64,000 nucleotides of DNA, taken from positions 45,108 to 109,107 of the forward strand of contig JAKATL010000001.1 of NCBI GenBank assembly GCA_021827985.1, written 5' to 3'. The DNA comes from a bacterium (GTDB taxonomy: Bacteria; Chloroflexota; Dormibacteria; Aeolococcales; Bog-877). The notes under the pieces are model-generated. The model was not told the DNA's origin, made no database searches, and saw nothing but the letters and a program-made list of their open reading frames with translations. The stretch's first letter is position 1, and each line of letters starts with the position of its first letter. Made by a program: the position numbers and the translations under genes. Of the stretch, positions 17,280-26,801 are shown piece after piece.

Positions 17280-18160
17280 CAGTTCGGCCCCACCACCGAC
17301 GGTTCTTCGCGATGCCCACCCCGGCGCAGGCGCATCGCCCGCCGGTGTCCGTCGAATGTGGCCAGCCCCAGGAAGGTGGCCAGCAGCGTCGCCAGCTGCT
17401 CGGGTCCCAGTCCGGACTCCAGCCGGCCTCCCAGGGCCCAGCTGATCCGCCCAGTCTCCTCCGAGACGACAACCACCCCAGCGTCCGTCTCCCGGCTGAG
17501 ACCCACCGCCGCGAGATGCCGGGTGCCGCTGCCCCGGGTGCGCAGATCCTGCTCGGCCAAGGGCAGAACGCAACCGGCGGCGACCAGGCGGCCCTGGTTG
17601 ATGACCGCCGCCCCGTCGTGGAGAGGGGACTTGTAGGTGAACACGGTCACCAGCGCCTCCGCGCTGAGGATCGCATCCAACCGAACGCCTGTGCTCACCA
17701 CCTCTCCCAGTCCGATCGCTCCCTGCACCACGATCAACGCTCCGGTGGCCGTCTCCCCCAGCCGCACCGCGGCCCGCACCACCTCGTCCACCTCTAGTCG
17801 GAGGGCCGCGGTATCGGGCGCCAGCAGCCCGCGACGCAAGCGCCCGAGGCGACCCATCTGGTCAAGTGCGCGCCTCAGCTCCGGCTGGAACAGAATGATC
17901 ACCCCGATCAGGATCACCTGCCCGCCGTTGGTGTAGATGAACTTGAGGACCGGCAGGTCCAGGATCGAGGCCAACGCTCCCAGGGCCCCGATCAGCAAAA
18001 GGCCGACCAGGATCTGCATGGCCTGGGTACCCCGGATCAGGATCAGGATCCTGTAAATGAGGAAGGTGACGATGGCGATGTCGAGGGCGTCCTGCCAGCC
18101 CACCGTCTGCAGCATGACCCGCAGGGTCTCGCCGAGGTTGAGTCCGGACAGGACCAGCAC
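17279..18160 (-). CDS. cdaA: Diadenylate cyclase CdaA
   Basis: 3 TM segments, FQPELRRAL, SPLHDGA, LPL, GTRH(L)AA, VSEETG.IS; start uncertain. Confidence 0.92.
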   Translation of the reverse strand: MLVLSGLNLGETLRVMLQTVGWQDALDIAIVTFLIYRILILIRGTQAMQILVGLLLIGALGALASILDLPVLKFIYTNGGQVILIGVIILFQPELRRALDQMGRLGRLRRGLLAPDTAALRLEVDEVVRAAVRLGETATGALIVVQGAIGLGEVVSTGVRLDAILSAEALVTVFTYKSPLHDGAAVINQGRLVAAGCVLPLAEQDLRTRGSGTRHLAAVGLSRETDAGVVVVSEETGRISWALGGRLESGLGPEQLATLLATFLGLATFDGHRRAMRLRRGGHREEPSVVGPN

Positions 18161-18186
18161 TAGCTATCCGCCCCCCCGCCCCTGAC

Positions 18187-19122
18187 TCACCCCTCCGCCC
18201 CGGCTGGGCCGAAGACCTCGGCCAGCAGGGCGAGTTGCAACCAATAGCGGTTCTGCGCCTGATCGAAGACGATCGACTGGGGACCGTCGATCACGGCGTC
18301 GGTGATCTCCTCCCCTCGGTGAGCCGGTAGGCAATGCATCACCCGCGCCCCTTCAGGAGCGCGCTCCAAGACCCGCTCGTTGACCTGATACGGCCCGAAG
18401 TCCTGGCGCCGATCCTCGTGCTGCTCCTCCTGGCCCATGCTGGTCCAGACGTCAGTGTAGATGACATCCGTACCTGCCAAGCCCTGGCCCAGGTCGTTGG
18501 TTACCAGCACTCGGCCGCCCACCCCACGCAGCTGACCCGCCGCCTGCAGGACGGCCGGTGCCGGCTCGTAACCGGCGGGGGTCACGACGCGCAGATCGAT
18601 TCCTGCCACCTGAGCGGCCTCGATCCAGGAGTTGCAGACGTTGTTGCCGTCGCCCACGAAGGTGACCCGAGCACCTTCGAGATGGCCCAGCTGTTCGCGC
18701 ACGGTGAGGCAATCGGCGAGGATCTGGCAGGGATGCCCCAGGTCGGTCATGGCGTTGATTACCGGGGACCGCATCGCCCGCGCCAGGCCGCGGAGGTCGC
18801 GCTCAGATGGGATCCTGGCCACCAGGCCATCGACGAAGCCGTCGAGGATGCGCCCCACATCCCCTACCGACTCCCGCCTGCCCATCTCGATTTCCCGATC
18901 GAAGAGTGCGATCGGATGGCCCCCCAGGCGAGCGATGGCCGCCTCGAACGATACCCGGGTGCGATTGCTGGGACGCAGGAAGATGAGCGCGATGGAACGG
19001 CGAGTCAGCGGTGTTCCTGGCTCCGATCCGCGCTTGAACTCCTCCGCCCTCTCCAAGAGTGCCATCAGCTCCTCAGAGCTGAGGTCTCCCACCGCGAGAA
19101 GGTCACGCCCCCTCAGCCCCAT
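18187..19122 (-). CDS. argF: Ornithine carbamoyltransferase
   Basis: S.RTR.SFE, HPCQILAD, GDGNNV, TDVWTSMGQE, MHCLPAHRG. Confidence 0.9.
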   Translation of the reverse strand: MGLRGRDLLAVGDLSSEELMALLERAEEFKRGSEPGTPLTRRSIALIFLRPSNRTRVSFEAAIARLGGHPIALFDREIEMGRRESVGDVGRILDGFVDGLVARIPSERDLRGLARAMRSPVINAMTDLGHPCQILADCLTVREQLGHLEGARVTFVGDGNNVCNSWIEAAQVAGIDLRVVTPAGYEPAPAVLQAAGQLRGVGGRVLVTNDLGQGLAGTDVIYTDVWTSMGQEEQHEDRRQDFGPYQVNERVLERAPEGARVMHCLPAHRGEEITDAVIDGPQSIVFDQAQNRYWLQLALLAEVFGPAGAEG

Positions 19123-19189
19123 GGTCCTGTACCTATGCGACCGACCCTAGCGGACCCGGGGGTGTAAGCCATGGCCCACAGGGAAGCGA

Positions 19190-19594
19190 TCAGCGCTTGG
19201 TGTACTGGGGAGCCTTCCGCGCGCGCTTGAGGCCGGGCTTCTTGCGCTCCTTCATGCGTGGGTCGCGGGTCAGCAGGCCCGCCGCCTTGAGCTGCGGCCG
19301 AAGTTCGGCATCCATCGCCACCAGAGCGCGGGCCAGGCCGTGCGACACCGCCCCGGCCTGACCGGCCACACCGCCGCCCTCGACCTTGACGCTGACCCGG
19401 ACGCGCTCCCCGAGCCCGGTGACGCGCAGGGGACGCAGTGCCATCTCCTCGAGCTCGCGCCGCCCAAAGTGGCGAAGCGGATCGCGCTCGTTCACCACCG
19501 TTGTGCCACCGCCCTGGTACACCCGGACCCGGGCCACCGCCGTCTTGCGCCGGCCGGTGCCGTAGGCGTAGCCCTCGTGCTGGTCGTCGCTCAA
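19190..19594 (-). CDS. rpsI: 30S ribosomal protein S9
   Basis: GTGRRKTAVARV...ERKKPGLKRARKAPQYTKR; TTG start overlaps rplM stop. Confidence 0.97.
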   Translation of the reverse strand: MSDDQHEGYAYGTGRRKTAVARVRVYQGGGTTVVNERDPLRHFGRRELEEMALRPLRVTGLGERVRVSVKVEGGGVAGQAGAVSHGLARALVAMDAELRPQLKAAGLLTRDPRMKERKKPGLKRARKAPQYTKR

Positions 19595-20064
19595 AGTGGC
19601 AGAACCTCCCCACATTCGCCGAAGTGGATCGCCACCGGGCGCTGCGCCTGGTGGGGATGCTCGCCGTCGGCGTAAACCTTCAGCCTCTTGGCCTGCAGCT
19701 CCCCGAGGGTGTTGTGCTGCAGCATGCCTCGGACGGCCAGACGCAGCGGCGCCGTGGCATCGCGATCGACCACCTCGGCGTACGTCCGCTCCCGTCGACC
19801 GCCCGGGTAGCCGGTGTAGCGGTCGTAGATCTTCTCCGTGCGCTTCTTCCCCGTGACCTTGAGGCCTCGGGCGTTGACCACAACGACGTGGTCGGCACCC
19901 AATGCGTGAGGGGTGTAGTCCGGACGGTGCTTGCCCCGCAGGACGCGGGCGATGTTGACCGCCAGTCTTCCCAGGGTCTCTCCCTCGGCGTCCACCAGCC
20001 ACCAGCGCTCATTCCCGGTGCTGACACCGGACGGGCTGAAGGTCGACTGGGCGATGCTGCTCAT
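19591..20064 (-). CDS. rplM: 50S ribosomal protein L13
   Basis: WWLVDAEG.TLGRLA...LRGKHRPDYTPH. Confidence 0.97.
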   Translation of the reverse strand: MSSIAQSTFSPSGVSTGNERWWLVDAEGETLGRLAVNIARVLRGKHRPDYTPHALGADHVVVVNARGLKVTGKKRTEKIYDRYTGYPGGRRERTYAEVVDRDATAPLRLAVRGMLQHNTLGELQAKRLKVYADGEHPHQAQRPVAIHFGECGEVLPL

Positions 20065-20840
20065 GCCGCGACTCCCTTGTGCACAGGCCAACGGTACTCC
20101 ACCTGCCAGAGGTGCAGCCCGTGGGCGGGCGCGGCCCAGGGGCTTGCGGCCCTCGGGAGAGGCCTGTCCAGCCAGTCCTGCAGGGTGGCGCCGGTGATCC
20201 GCCCCGCCCCCACCGCGACCAGGCAACCCGCCAATGAGCGCACCATCCCGCGGAGGAAGGCATCCGCCCGGAACTCCAGCCGCAAGCCGTCCGCGGTCTC
20301 AGCGACCTCGGAGCGGTCCAGAACCCGGACCGTCGAACCACCCGCCACGGGGCTGCTTCCGAAGGCGGCGAAGTCATGCCGACCCAGCAGCCGCCGGGCG
20401 GCCGACCGCATCGGCACCAGCTCGAGGGAACCGGGCCGCTCCCACCAGTACATCCTCCCCACCGGCTGCGGCCGGGCCGCGGTGCGCACCAGGTAGCGAT
20501 AGGTCCTCCGCCAGGCGTCGCGCCGGGGATCGAAGCCGTCGCTCATCCGGGCCACCTCGACCACCCGGATATCAGCTGGCAGGAGCCGGTTACAGGCCGC
20601 CCTCAGAGCCGAGGGGTCCCAGGAGCTCTCCAGCCGGACCCGAGCCACCTGACCGAGGGCGTGGGCGCCGGCATCGGTCCGACCCGCGGCACTCACCATC
20701 ACCGCTTGACCTGTGGACCTCGCCAGGGCCTCCTCCAGCTTCCCAGCAACTGTGGGCACTCCCGGCTGGCGCTGCCACCCGTGGTAGGCGGATCCGTCGT
20801 AGGCCAGCCTGAGGCCATAGGTGAAGCGCTCGGGACTCAA
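20061..20840 (-). CDS. truA: tRNA pseudouridine(38-40) synthase
   Basis: AYDGSAYHGWQRQ, AGRTDAGAHA, HDFAAF, FLRGMVR. Confidence 0.95.
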   Translation of the reverse strand: MSPERFTYGLRLAYDGSAYHGWQRQPGVPTVAGKLEEALARSTGQAVMVSAAGRTDAGAHALGQVARVRLESSWDPSALRAACNRLLPADIRVVEVARMSDGFDPRRDAWRRTYRYLVRTAARPQPVGRMYWWERPGSLELVPMRSAARRLLGRHDFAAFGSSPVAGGSTVRVLDRSEVAETADGLRLEFRADAFLRGMVRSLAGCLVAVGAGRITGATLQDWLDRPLPRAASPWAAPAHGLHLWQVEYRWPVHKGVAA

Positions 20841-21190
20841 TCCACAAGCTCCAGGATCACCACGGGAGCGCCATCGCCCGCGCGCGGGCCCTTGGCCACG
20901 ATCCGCGTGTATCCGCCGGGCCGATCGCGGAACTGATCGGCGTACTGGGTGAAGAGCTTGGCCGCCACCTCCTCCCGGGAGATCTGCCGAGCCACCTGCC
21001 GGCGGTGGTGTACGTCGTCCACCTTGGCGGTGGTGACGAGCTTCTCCGCCCACCGCCGGACCTCCTTGGCCTTAGCCTCGGTGGTCTCGATCCGGCCGTT
21101 CTCGAAGAGCGCCGTGGCCAGGTTGCGCGTCAAGGCTTGCCGGTGGGCCGAGGTGCGGCCCAGCTTCCTGCCGGCCTTGAGGTGACGCAT
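20837..21190 (-). CDS. rplQ: 50S ribosomal protein L17
   Basis: MRHLKAGRKLGRTSAHR...RPGGYTRI. Confidence 0.97.
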   Translation of the reverse strand: MRHLKAGRKLGRTSAHRQALTRNLATALFENGRIETTEAKAKEVRRWAEKLVTTAKVDDVHHRRQVARQISREEVAAKLFTQYADQFRDRPGGYTRIVAKGPRAGDGAPVVILELVD

Positions 21191-21191
21191 C

Positions 21192-22166
21192 CTAGCCGCG
21201 CTCCGCCGGCTGGAAGACGGAGTCGATCTCCGACTCCGGGACGAAACCCTTGGCCACCAACTTCTGCTTGATTTCGTCCAGCGACTTGGTGCCGAAGTTG
21301 CGCAGCGCCATGAGTTCCTCCAGACGCATCGCCAGCAGGTCGCCCAGCTTGGTGATGTCATTCGCCTTGAGGCAGTTGAGGGCGCGCACGCTCAGCTCCA
21401 GCTCCTCGACCGGAACCTCGCTCAGCTTGCTCTTCTGGTCCGCCTCCCGCACCACCGCCTCGGTGGCGGAGCTGAGACTGTCGCCGAAGCTGGTGAAGAG
21501 GCTCAGGTGGCGGCTGTAGTACTGGGCCGCCCGACTGACGGCCTCCACCGGGGTGATGGTCCCATTGGTCCACACCTCCAGGGTCAGCTTCTCCCAGTCC
21601 GTGTCCTGGCCCACCCGGGTCCGCTCCACCAGGAAGTTGGCCTTGTTGACCGGGGTGAAGATGGCGTCCACCGAGATCACCCCGATGGGTTGACCCTCGC
21701 GCTTGTTGCGCTCCGCCGGCGAGTAGCCCCGTCCGAGTTCCACGGTGAGGTCCATGCGCAGGGCCGACTGGGGTCCGTCCAGGGTGCAGATGTACAGGTC
21801 GGGATTGGCGATATCGGCATCGGCGTTGGGGGTGATATCCGACGCCGTGACCCGTCGAGGGCCCTGCACGTCCAGGGTCAGGTGAGCCCCGTCAGGGTTG
21901 TGGCAGGTGAGAGCCAGCTGCTTCAGGTTGAGCAGAATCTCCCCCACGTCCTCCTTCACATGCTTGATGCTGGAGAACTCATGGGCCACCCCCTCGATGG
22001 ACACGGCGGTCACCGCGGCCCCGGTAAGGGATGACAGCAACACCCGCCGGAGGGAGTTGCCCAGGGTGGTGCCGTACCCCGCTTCCAGGGGTTCGATCTC
22101 AAAGCGCCCGTAGTCACGAGCGCTGGAAACTTCGCGGACCGTCGGTTCGATCGCAGTCTCTGGCAT
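21192..22166 (-). CDS. rpoA: RNA polymerase alpha subunit
   Basis: EPLEAGYGTTLGNSLRRVLLSS; LSVRALNCLK. Confidence 0.98.
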   Translation of the reverse strand: MPETAIEPTVREVSSARDYGRFEIEPLEAGYGTTLGNSLRRVLLSSLTGAAVTAVSIEGVAHEFSSIKHVKEDVGEILLNLKQLALTCHNPDGAHLTLDVQGPRRVTASDITPNADADIANPDLYICTLDGPQSALRMDLTVELGRGYSPAERNKREGQPIGVISVDAIFTPVNKANFLVERTRVGQDTDWEKLTLEVWTNGTITPVEAVSRAAQYYSRHLSLFTSFGDSLSSATEAVVREADQKSKLSEVPVEELELSVRALNCLKANDITKLGDLLAMRLEELMALRNFGTKSLDEIKQKLVAKGFVPESEIDSVFQPAERG

Positions 22167-22208
22167 CAGCAGTGCGTTCCTTTCGTCTGGGGGCGCCGCC
22201 GCCCCGGG

Positions 22209-22841
22209 TTAGCGGGAGTAGTACTCGACGATGAGCTGTTCGTCGATGCTGGTCTCCATCTCCCCGCGCTCGGGGAGGCGAACCACATCGACCCGGAGCT
22301 CCTCCGGGTAGAGACTGAGCCAACTGGGAACCGCCTGGCCGGACCTGAAAGCCACCGAACGGGTCACAGGCTCCTTCTCCTGGTGGCCGGGACGCACCCG
22401 CACCACCTGTCCGGGACGGACCTGGTAAGAGGGAATGTTGACCACCTTGCCGTCCACCTGGAAATGCCGGTGGCTGACCAGCTGCCGCGCCTCAGCCCGG
22501 GAGCTGGCGAGGCCGGCGCGGTACACCACGTTGTCCAGTCGCTGCTCCAGCATCTGCAGCAGCGCCGTGCCGGTGACCCCCTTGCTCGCCGAGGCCCGCT
22601 CGAAGTAGTTGCGGAACTGGGTCTCCAAAACGCCGTATACCCGCCGCCCGCGCTGCTTGGCTCGGAGCTGGATCCCATATTCGCTGATCCGGCGCCTGCG
22701 GGCCAGTCCGTGCTGCCCTGGCGGGGTGGCATTGCGCTTGGTGAAGGTGCAGCGGTCGCCCACGCACTTCTCCCCTTTGAGGAAGAGCTTCACACCCTCG
22801 CGCCGGCAGAGCCGGCAGACCGGGTTGTGCGGATTGGCCAT
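22209..22841 (-). CDS. rpsD: 30S ribosomal protein S4 (Zn-binding type)
   Basis: CRLCRREGVKLFLKGEKC...C; LEQRLDNVVYR. Confidence 0.97.
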   Translation of the reverse strand: MANPHNPVCRLCRREGVKLFLKGEKCVGDRCTFTKRNATPPGQHGLARRRRISEYGIQLRAKQRGRRVYGVLETQFRNYFERASASKGVTGTALLQMLEQRLDNVVYRAGLASSRAEARQLVSHRHFQVDGKVVNIPSYQVRPGQVVRVRPGHQEKEPVTRSVAFRSGQAVPSWLSLYPEELRVDVVRLPERGEMETSIDEQLIVEYYSR

Positions 22842-22844
22842 GGC

Positions 22845-23240
22845 TCAGACCCGCCGCCGCTTGGGCGGGCGGCAACCGTTGTGAGGAATGGGGGTGACGT
22901 CGACGATCGCGGTGATCTCCAGCCCAGCGGCCTGCAGGGAGCGGATGGCCGCCTCCCGGCCCGATCCCGGTCCCTTCACCAGCACCTCGACCGACTTCAG
23001 CCCGTGTTCCATGGCCCGCTTGGCCGCAGCCTCGGCGGTCAGGCCCGCCGCGAACGGGGTGCTCTTCCGCGAGCCCTTGAAGCCCGACGACCCGGCGCTC
23101 CCCGAGGCGATGGTGTTGCCCTGGGGATCGGTGAGCGTCACGATGGTGTTGTTGAAGGTGCTGAGTACATGCGCCTGCCCCACGGCGATGTTCTTGCGCT
23201 CTCGCCGTCGAGTCCGGACCACCTTCTTCTTCTTCGCCAA
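22845..23240 (-). CDS. rpsK: 30S ribosomal protein S11
   Basis: [32 protein letters not shown]. Confidence 0.98.
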   Translation of the reverse strand: MAKKKKVVRTRRRERKNIAVGQAHVLSTFNNTIVTLTDPQGNTIASGSAGSSGFKGSRKSTPFAAGLTAEAAAKRAMEHGLKSVEVLVKGPGSGREAAIRSLQAAGLEITAIVDVTPIPHNGCRPPKRRRV

Positions 23241-23283
23241 TCAGCCTCCTACTCGGAACCACCGGGGCAGCCCCGGGGAACCG

Positions 23284-23667
23284 CTACTTGCCCTTCTTCC
23301 GCCGTACGCCCACGGTCTTGCGCGGACCCCGTCTAGCCCGGGCGTTGGTCCTGGTCCGCTGCCCCCGAACCGGCAGCCCACGCCGATGCCGGAGCCCGCG
23401 GTAGGTTCCGATCTCCATCAGGCGCTTGATGTTCAGCGCCACCTGCCGGCGCAGGTCACCCTCCACCTTGCCCGGAAGCTCCTTGGCCACCACATCCCGG
23501 AGCCGGCTCACCTGTGCCTCCGAGAGCTGCCCCGACTTGATGTCAGGATCGATCTGGGCTATGCGCAGCACCCGTTGGCTGGTGGTCAGCCCGATCCCGT
23601 AGACGTAGGTGAGAGCTATCTCGATCCGCTTGTCCCGCGGGAGGTCGACTCCGGCGATCCTGGCCAT
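23284..23667 (-). CDS. rpsM: 30S ribosomal protein S13
   Basis: [14 protein letters not shown]...[10 protein letters not shown]. Confidence 0.98.
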   Translation of the reverse strand: MARIAGVDLPRDKRIEIALTYVYGIGLTTSQRVLRIAQIDPDIKSGQLSEAQVSRLRDVVAKELPGKVEGDLRRQVALNIKRLMEIGTYRGLRHRRGLPVRGQRTRTNARARRGPRKTVGVRRKKGK

Positions 23668-23673
23668 CTGCGC

Positions 23674-23787
23674 CTACCCCTGCCGCTGCTTGTGCTTGGG
23701 GTTTTCACAGATCACCCTGACCGTGCCGGCACGCCGGATCACCTTGCACTTGGTGCATATCCTCTTCACCGAGGCCCGGACCTTCAC
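23674..23787 (-). CDS. rpmJ: 50S ribosomal protein L36 (Zn-binding type), below ORF-track cutoff
   Basis: Hand translation [37 protein letters not shown]. Confidence 0.96.
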   Translation of the reverse strand: MKVRASVKRICTKCKVIRRAGTVRVICENPKHKQRQG

Positions 23788-23808
23788 TGCCAGCTCCTCA
23801 AATCGCCT

Positions 23809-24021
23809 TCAGACAACCCTGGCCAGGATCCTGCCCCGTCCCGGATCGGTGGCCGACACCTCGATCACCACCCGGTCCCCGGGGAGAAGCCTGACGCTCG
23901 CCAGGCGCGCCCGGCCGGCCGCGTGCGCCACCACCTTGGCCCCACCCGCCAACTCAACCCGGTAGAGCGAGTTGGGCAGCGACTCAAGGACCCGACCCTG
24001 GACCTGTCCGGGGTCAATCAT
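23809..24021 (-). CDS. infA: Translation initiation factor IF-1, divergent
   Basis: G.V.ESLPN..YRVEL..G..V.AH..G..R....RLLPGDRV..E.S..D..RGRI; canonical map-infA-rpmJ position. Confidence 0.85.
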   Translation of the reverse strand: MIDPGQVQGRVLESLPNSLYRVELAGGAKVVAHAAGRARLASVRLLPGDRVVIEVSATDPGRGRILARVV

Positions 24022-24096
24022 GGTGAAGGGCGCACGAAACCAAACCAGGTTCAGCCCGCTGAGAGTATATCCGATCCAGCGCTTTGGCGGGGGTGG

Positions 24097-24858
24097 TCAT
24101 CCTGCGGCCCCCGGCAACTCGGTGAGCACCAGTGGCCCGTCCGCAGTGACCGCCAGGGTGTGCTCGAAGTAGCAGGACCGGCGTCCGTCCGTGGTCACCA
24201 CCGTCCAGCGGTCCGGGCGCACCAGGGTGGCCGCTTGGCCCTCGTTGACGATTGGCTCGATGGCCAGGCACAGCCCCGGCTTGATCTCCAGCCCACGGCC
24301 CGAGCGGCCGAAGTTGGGGACCTCGGGATCCTCGTGCATGTCCCGGCCGATGCCGTGCCCGGTGTACCCCCGGACGATGGAGTAACCGTGAGCCTCGACA
24401 TGCTGCTGGACCGCCGCTCCTATGTCCCCCAGCCGGTTGCCCGGCTGGGCCATCTGGATCCCACGGCCCAGCGCCTCCCGGGTCACCTCGATCAGGCGAG
24501 CCCCTTCGGGGTCCGCCTGCCCGCAGGCGACTGTCAAACCGGCGTCCGCCCACCACCCCTTGTAGATCAGCCCGCAGTCCAGGCTCACCAGGTCCCCGGA
24601 CCGGAGCTCCCGGGATCCGGGGATGCCATGCACCACCTCCTCCTCGACGGAGACGCACAGATGCTTGGGGAATCCGTCGTAGCCGAGGAACCCCGGGAAG
24701 CTCTGCCGGCGGCGGATCTCACGATTGGCGATCCGATCCAGGTCATCCGTGGTCATGCCGGGCTGCACCGCTTCCGCCAGCAGCGCCAGGACCTCGGCCA
24801 GCCGCCACCCTGCCTCGCGCATGAGGGCGATCTCGTCGTTGCGCTTCAGGGTGATCAA
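24097..24858 (-). CDS. map: Methionine aminopeptidase type I
   Basis: VVHGIP, SLDCG, WADAG, GHGIG..MHEDP, AIEP, YFEHT. Confidence 0.96.
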   Translation of the reverse strand: MITLKRNDEIALMREAGWRLAEVLALLAEAVQPGMTTDDLDRIANREIRRRQSFPGFLGYDGFPKHLCVSVEEEVVHGIPGSRELRSGDLVSLDCGLIYKGWWADAGLTVACGQADPEGARLIEVTREALGRGIQMAQPGNRLGDIGAAVQQHVEAHGYSIVRGYTGHGIGRDMHEDPEVPNFGRSGRGLEIKPGLCLAIEPIVNEGQAATLVRPDRWTVVTTDGRRSCYFEHTLAVTADGPLVLTELPGAAG

Positions 24859-25436
24859 CCGATCGCCTGCACCAGAGCCCGGTTGACGTCCTCAACGCTG
24901 GCACAGCCGTCCACCCGGACCGTCGGGACCAGGTTGCTCAGGTACTCCAGCACCGGTTCGGTCTGCTCCCGGTAGACCCGCAGCCGCTCCTTGATGATCT
25001 CCGGAGTGTCGTCCTCGCGCCGTTCCTCGGTGGCCCGCCGGGAAAGCCGGGCGACCAGCTCCTCCTCGGGGACCTCCAGTACCGCTACCAGGTCGATCGG
25101 AGCGTCCATCTTCTCCAGTAGCTCCTGGAGGGCCCGGGCCTGAGCCACGGTTCGAGGGAAGCCGTCCAGGACGAACCCGCGAAGCTCGCCGTTCTCCTCC
25201 AGACGGTGGCGGATCATGTTCACGATCAGCTCGTCAGGGACCAGCTTGCCGGCCGCCATGTAGTCGGAGGCGAGGTGCCCCAGCTCGGTTCCCGCCGCCC
25301 GGTGCTGGCGCAGCATGTCCCCGGGGGCGATGTGGTCTAGGTCGTACTTCTCCCGGAGCAGCTCCGCCTGGGTCCCCTTGCCCGACCCGGGAGCGCCGAA
25401 GATGATCAGCCGCCGCCGCAGTCCCTGCCCTCCCAT
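24855..25436 (-). CDS. adk: Adenylate kinase (short-LID type)
   Basis: GAPGSGKGTQ, GDMLR, LDGFPRT, R.DD.PE. Confidence 0.95.
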   Translation of the reverse strand: MGGQGLRRRLIIFGAPGSGKGTQAELLREKYDLDHIAPGDMLRQHRAAGTELGHLASDYMAAGKLVPDELIVNMIRHRLEENGELRGFVLDGFPRTVAQARALQELLEKMDAPIDLVAVLEVPEEELVARLSRRATEERREDDTPEIIKERLRVYREQTEPVLEYLSNLVPTVRVDGCASVEDVNRALVQAIG

Positions 25437-25445
25437 CAGCACCCC

Positions 25446-26801
25446 TCAGCGAATGAAACCCCGATACTGGCGCATGAGCAGCTGCGTCTCCAGCTGCTTC
25501 ATGGTGTCGAGCGAGACTCCCACCACGATCAGGATAGCGGTGCCCCCCAGGTACAGACCCTGGCTCAACTGCTGTCCGGTCAGGTAGGCCGCCAGCAGCG
25601 GCACCACCACGGTGATGAGGCCGAGGAACACCGCCCCGGCGAGGGTGATCCGGCTCATCACCCGGGCCAAGTAGTCGGCCGTGGCCCGGCCCGGCCGGAT
25701 GCCCGGGATGTAGGTGGCACTCTTCTTCAGGTCATCGGCCGCATCCTCGGGGTCGAAGGTGACGGCGGTGTAGAAGAAGGTGAAGCCCATGATCAGGCCG
25801 AAGTAGAGGACCTGGTAGATGACGTTGAAGAGGACATCAGGGCCGGTCGGCGTCCAGTAGGTGTGGAACCAGGTGGCGATCTGCCCCACCACTCCCCCGG
25901 TCTGACCCGCGGGAGGCAGGAAGAAGTTGCTGAAGATCTGGGGGAAGAACATGATGGAGATGGCGAAGATGATGGGGATGACCCCGGCCTGGTTCACCCG
26001 CAGAGGCAGGAAGCTGCTCCGCCCCTGGTAGACCTGACGCCCGACCACGCGCTGCGAAGACTGGATGGGGATCTTGCGCGTCGCCTGCTGGACGAAGATG
26101 ATCCCCGCCGCCAGCACGATGGCGATCACGGCGAGGGCGAAGATGGTGAAGGTTTGCGCCTGCCCGCCGTTGGTGAAGGAGATCACGGTGTTGGGGATCT
26201 GGGCCAGGATGCCGGCCATGATGATGATCGATACCCCATTCCCCAGGCCGTATTCGGTGATCAGCTCGCCGAACCACATGATGATCACCGTGCCTCCGGT
26301 CAGGATCACGATGATCCCCAGGGTCTCGGCGATGGAGATGTTGGAGGGCAGGATGGAGAGCCCCTGGAAGCTGTAGCTCTCGAATAGGCGGGTGTAGCCA
26401 AACGCCTGGAGCAGGGCCAGAGCGACGGTCAGGTAGCGGGCGTACTGGGTGAGCCGCCTGCGACCCAGGTCCCCCTCCTTGGAAAGCTCCTTGACCCGGG
26501 TCGAGATGACCGTCATCAGCTGCATGATGATGGTGGCGTTGATGTAGGGATTAAGCCCCAGGGCCACGATCGAGATCCCGGCGCTGCTGCCTCCGGTGGA
26601 AACTCCGCTCCCCGAGAAGAGGTTGATCAGGCCGAGCAGGCTGTTGTTCTGATAAAGCTGGCGCAGGGCCACCGTGTTGACCCCGGGGATGGTGATCACC
26701 GCCAGCATGCGGAAGACCACCAGGAGGCCGATGGTGATGAGGAGCTTGCGCCGTAGCTCCGGGACCTGCATGGCGGCGCGCAGCGCCCCGAACAGGTTCA
26801 T
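25446..26801 (-). CDS. secY: Preprotein translocase SecY
   Basis: ALGLNPYINATII, WFGELITEYGLGNG.S, AGVIPIIFA, YIPGIRPG. Confidence 0.97.
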   Translation of the reverse strand: MNLFGALRAAMQVPELRRKLLITIGLLVVFRMLAVITIPGVNTVALRQLYQNNSLLGLINLFSGSGVSTGGSSAGISIVALGLNPYINATIIMQLMTVISTRVKELSKEGDLGRRRLTQYARYLTVALALLQAFGYTRLFESYSFQGLSILPSNISIAETLGIIVILTGGTVIIMWFGELITEYGLGNGVSIIIMAGILAQIPNTVISFTNGGQAQTFTIFALAVIAIVLAAGIIFVQQATRKIPIQSSQRVVGRQVYQGRSSFLPLRVNQAGVIPIIFAISIMFFPQIFSNFFLPPAGQTGGVVGQIATWFHTYWTPTGPDVLFNVIYQVLYFGLIMGFTFFYTAVTFDPEDAADDLKKSATYIPGIRPGRATADYLARVMSRITLAGAVFLGLITVVVPLLAAYLTGQQLSQGLYLGGTAILIVVGVSLDTMKQLETQLLMRQYRGFIR

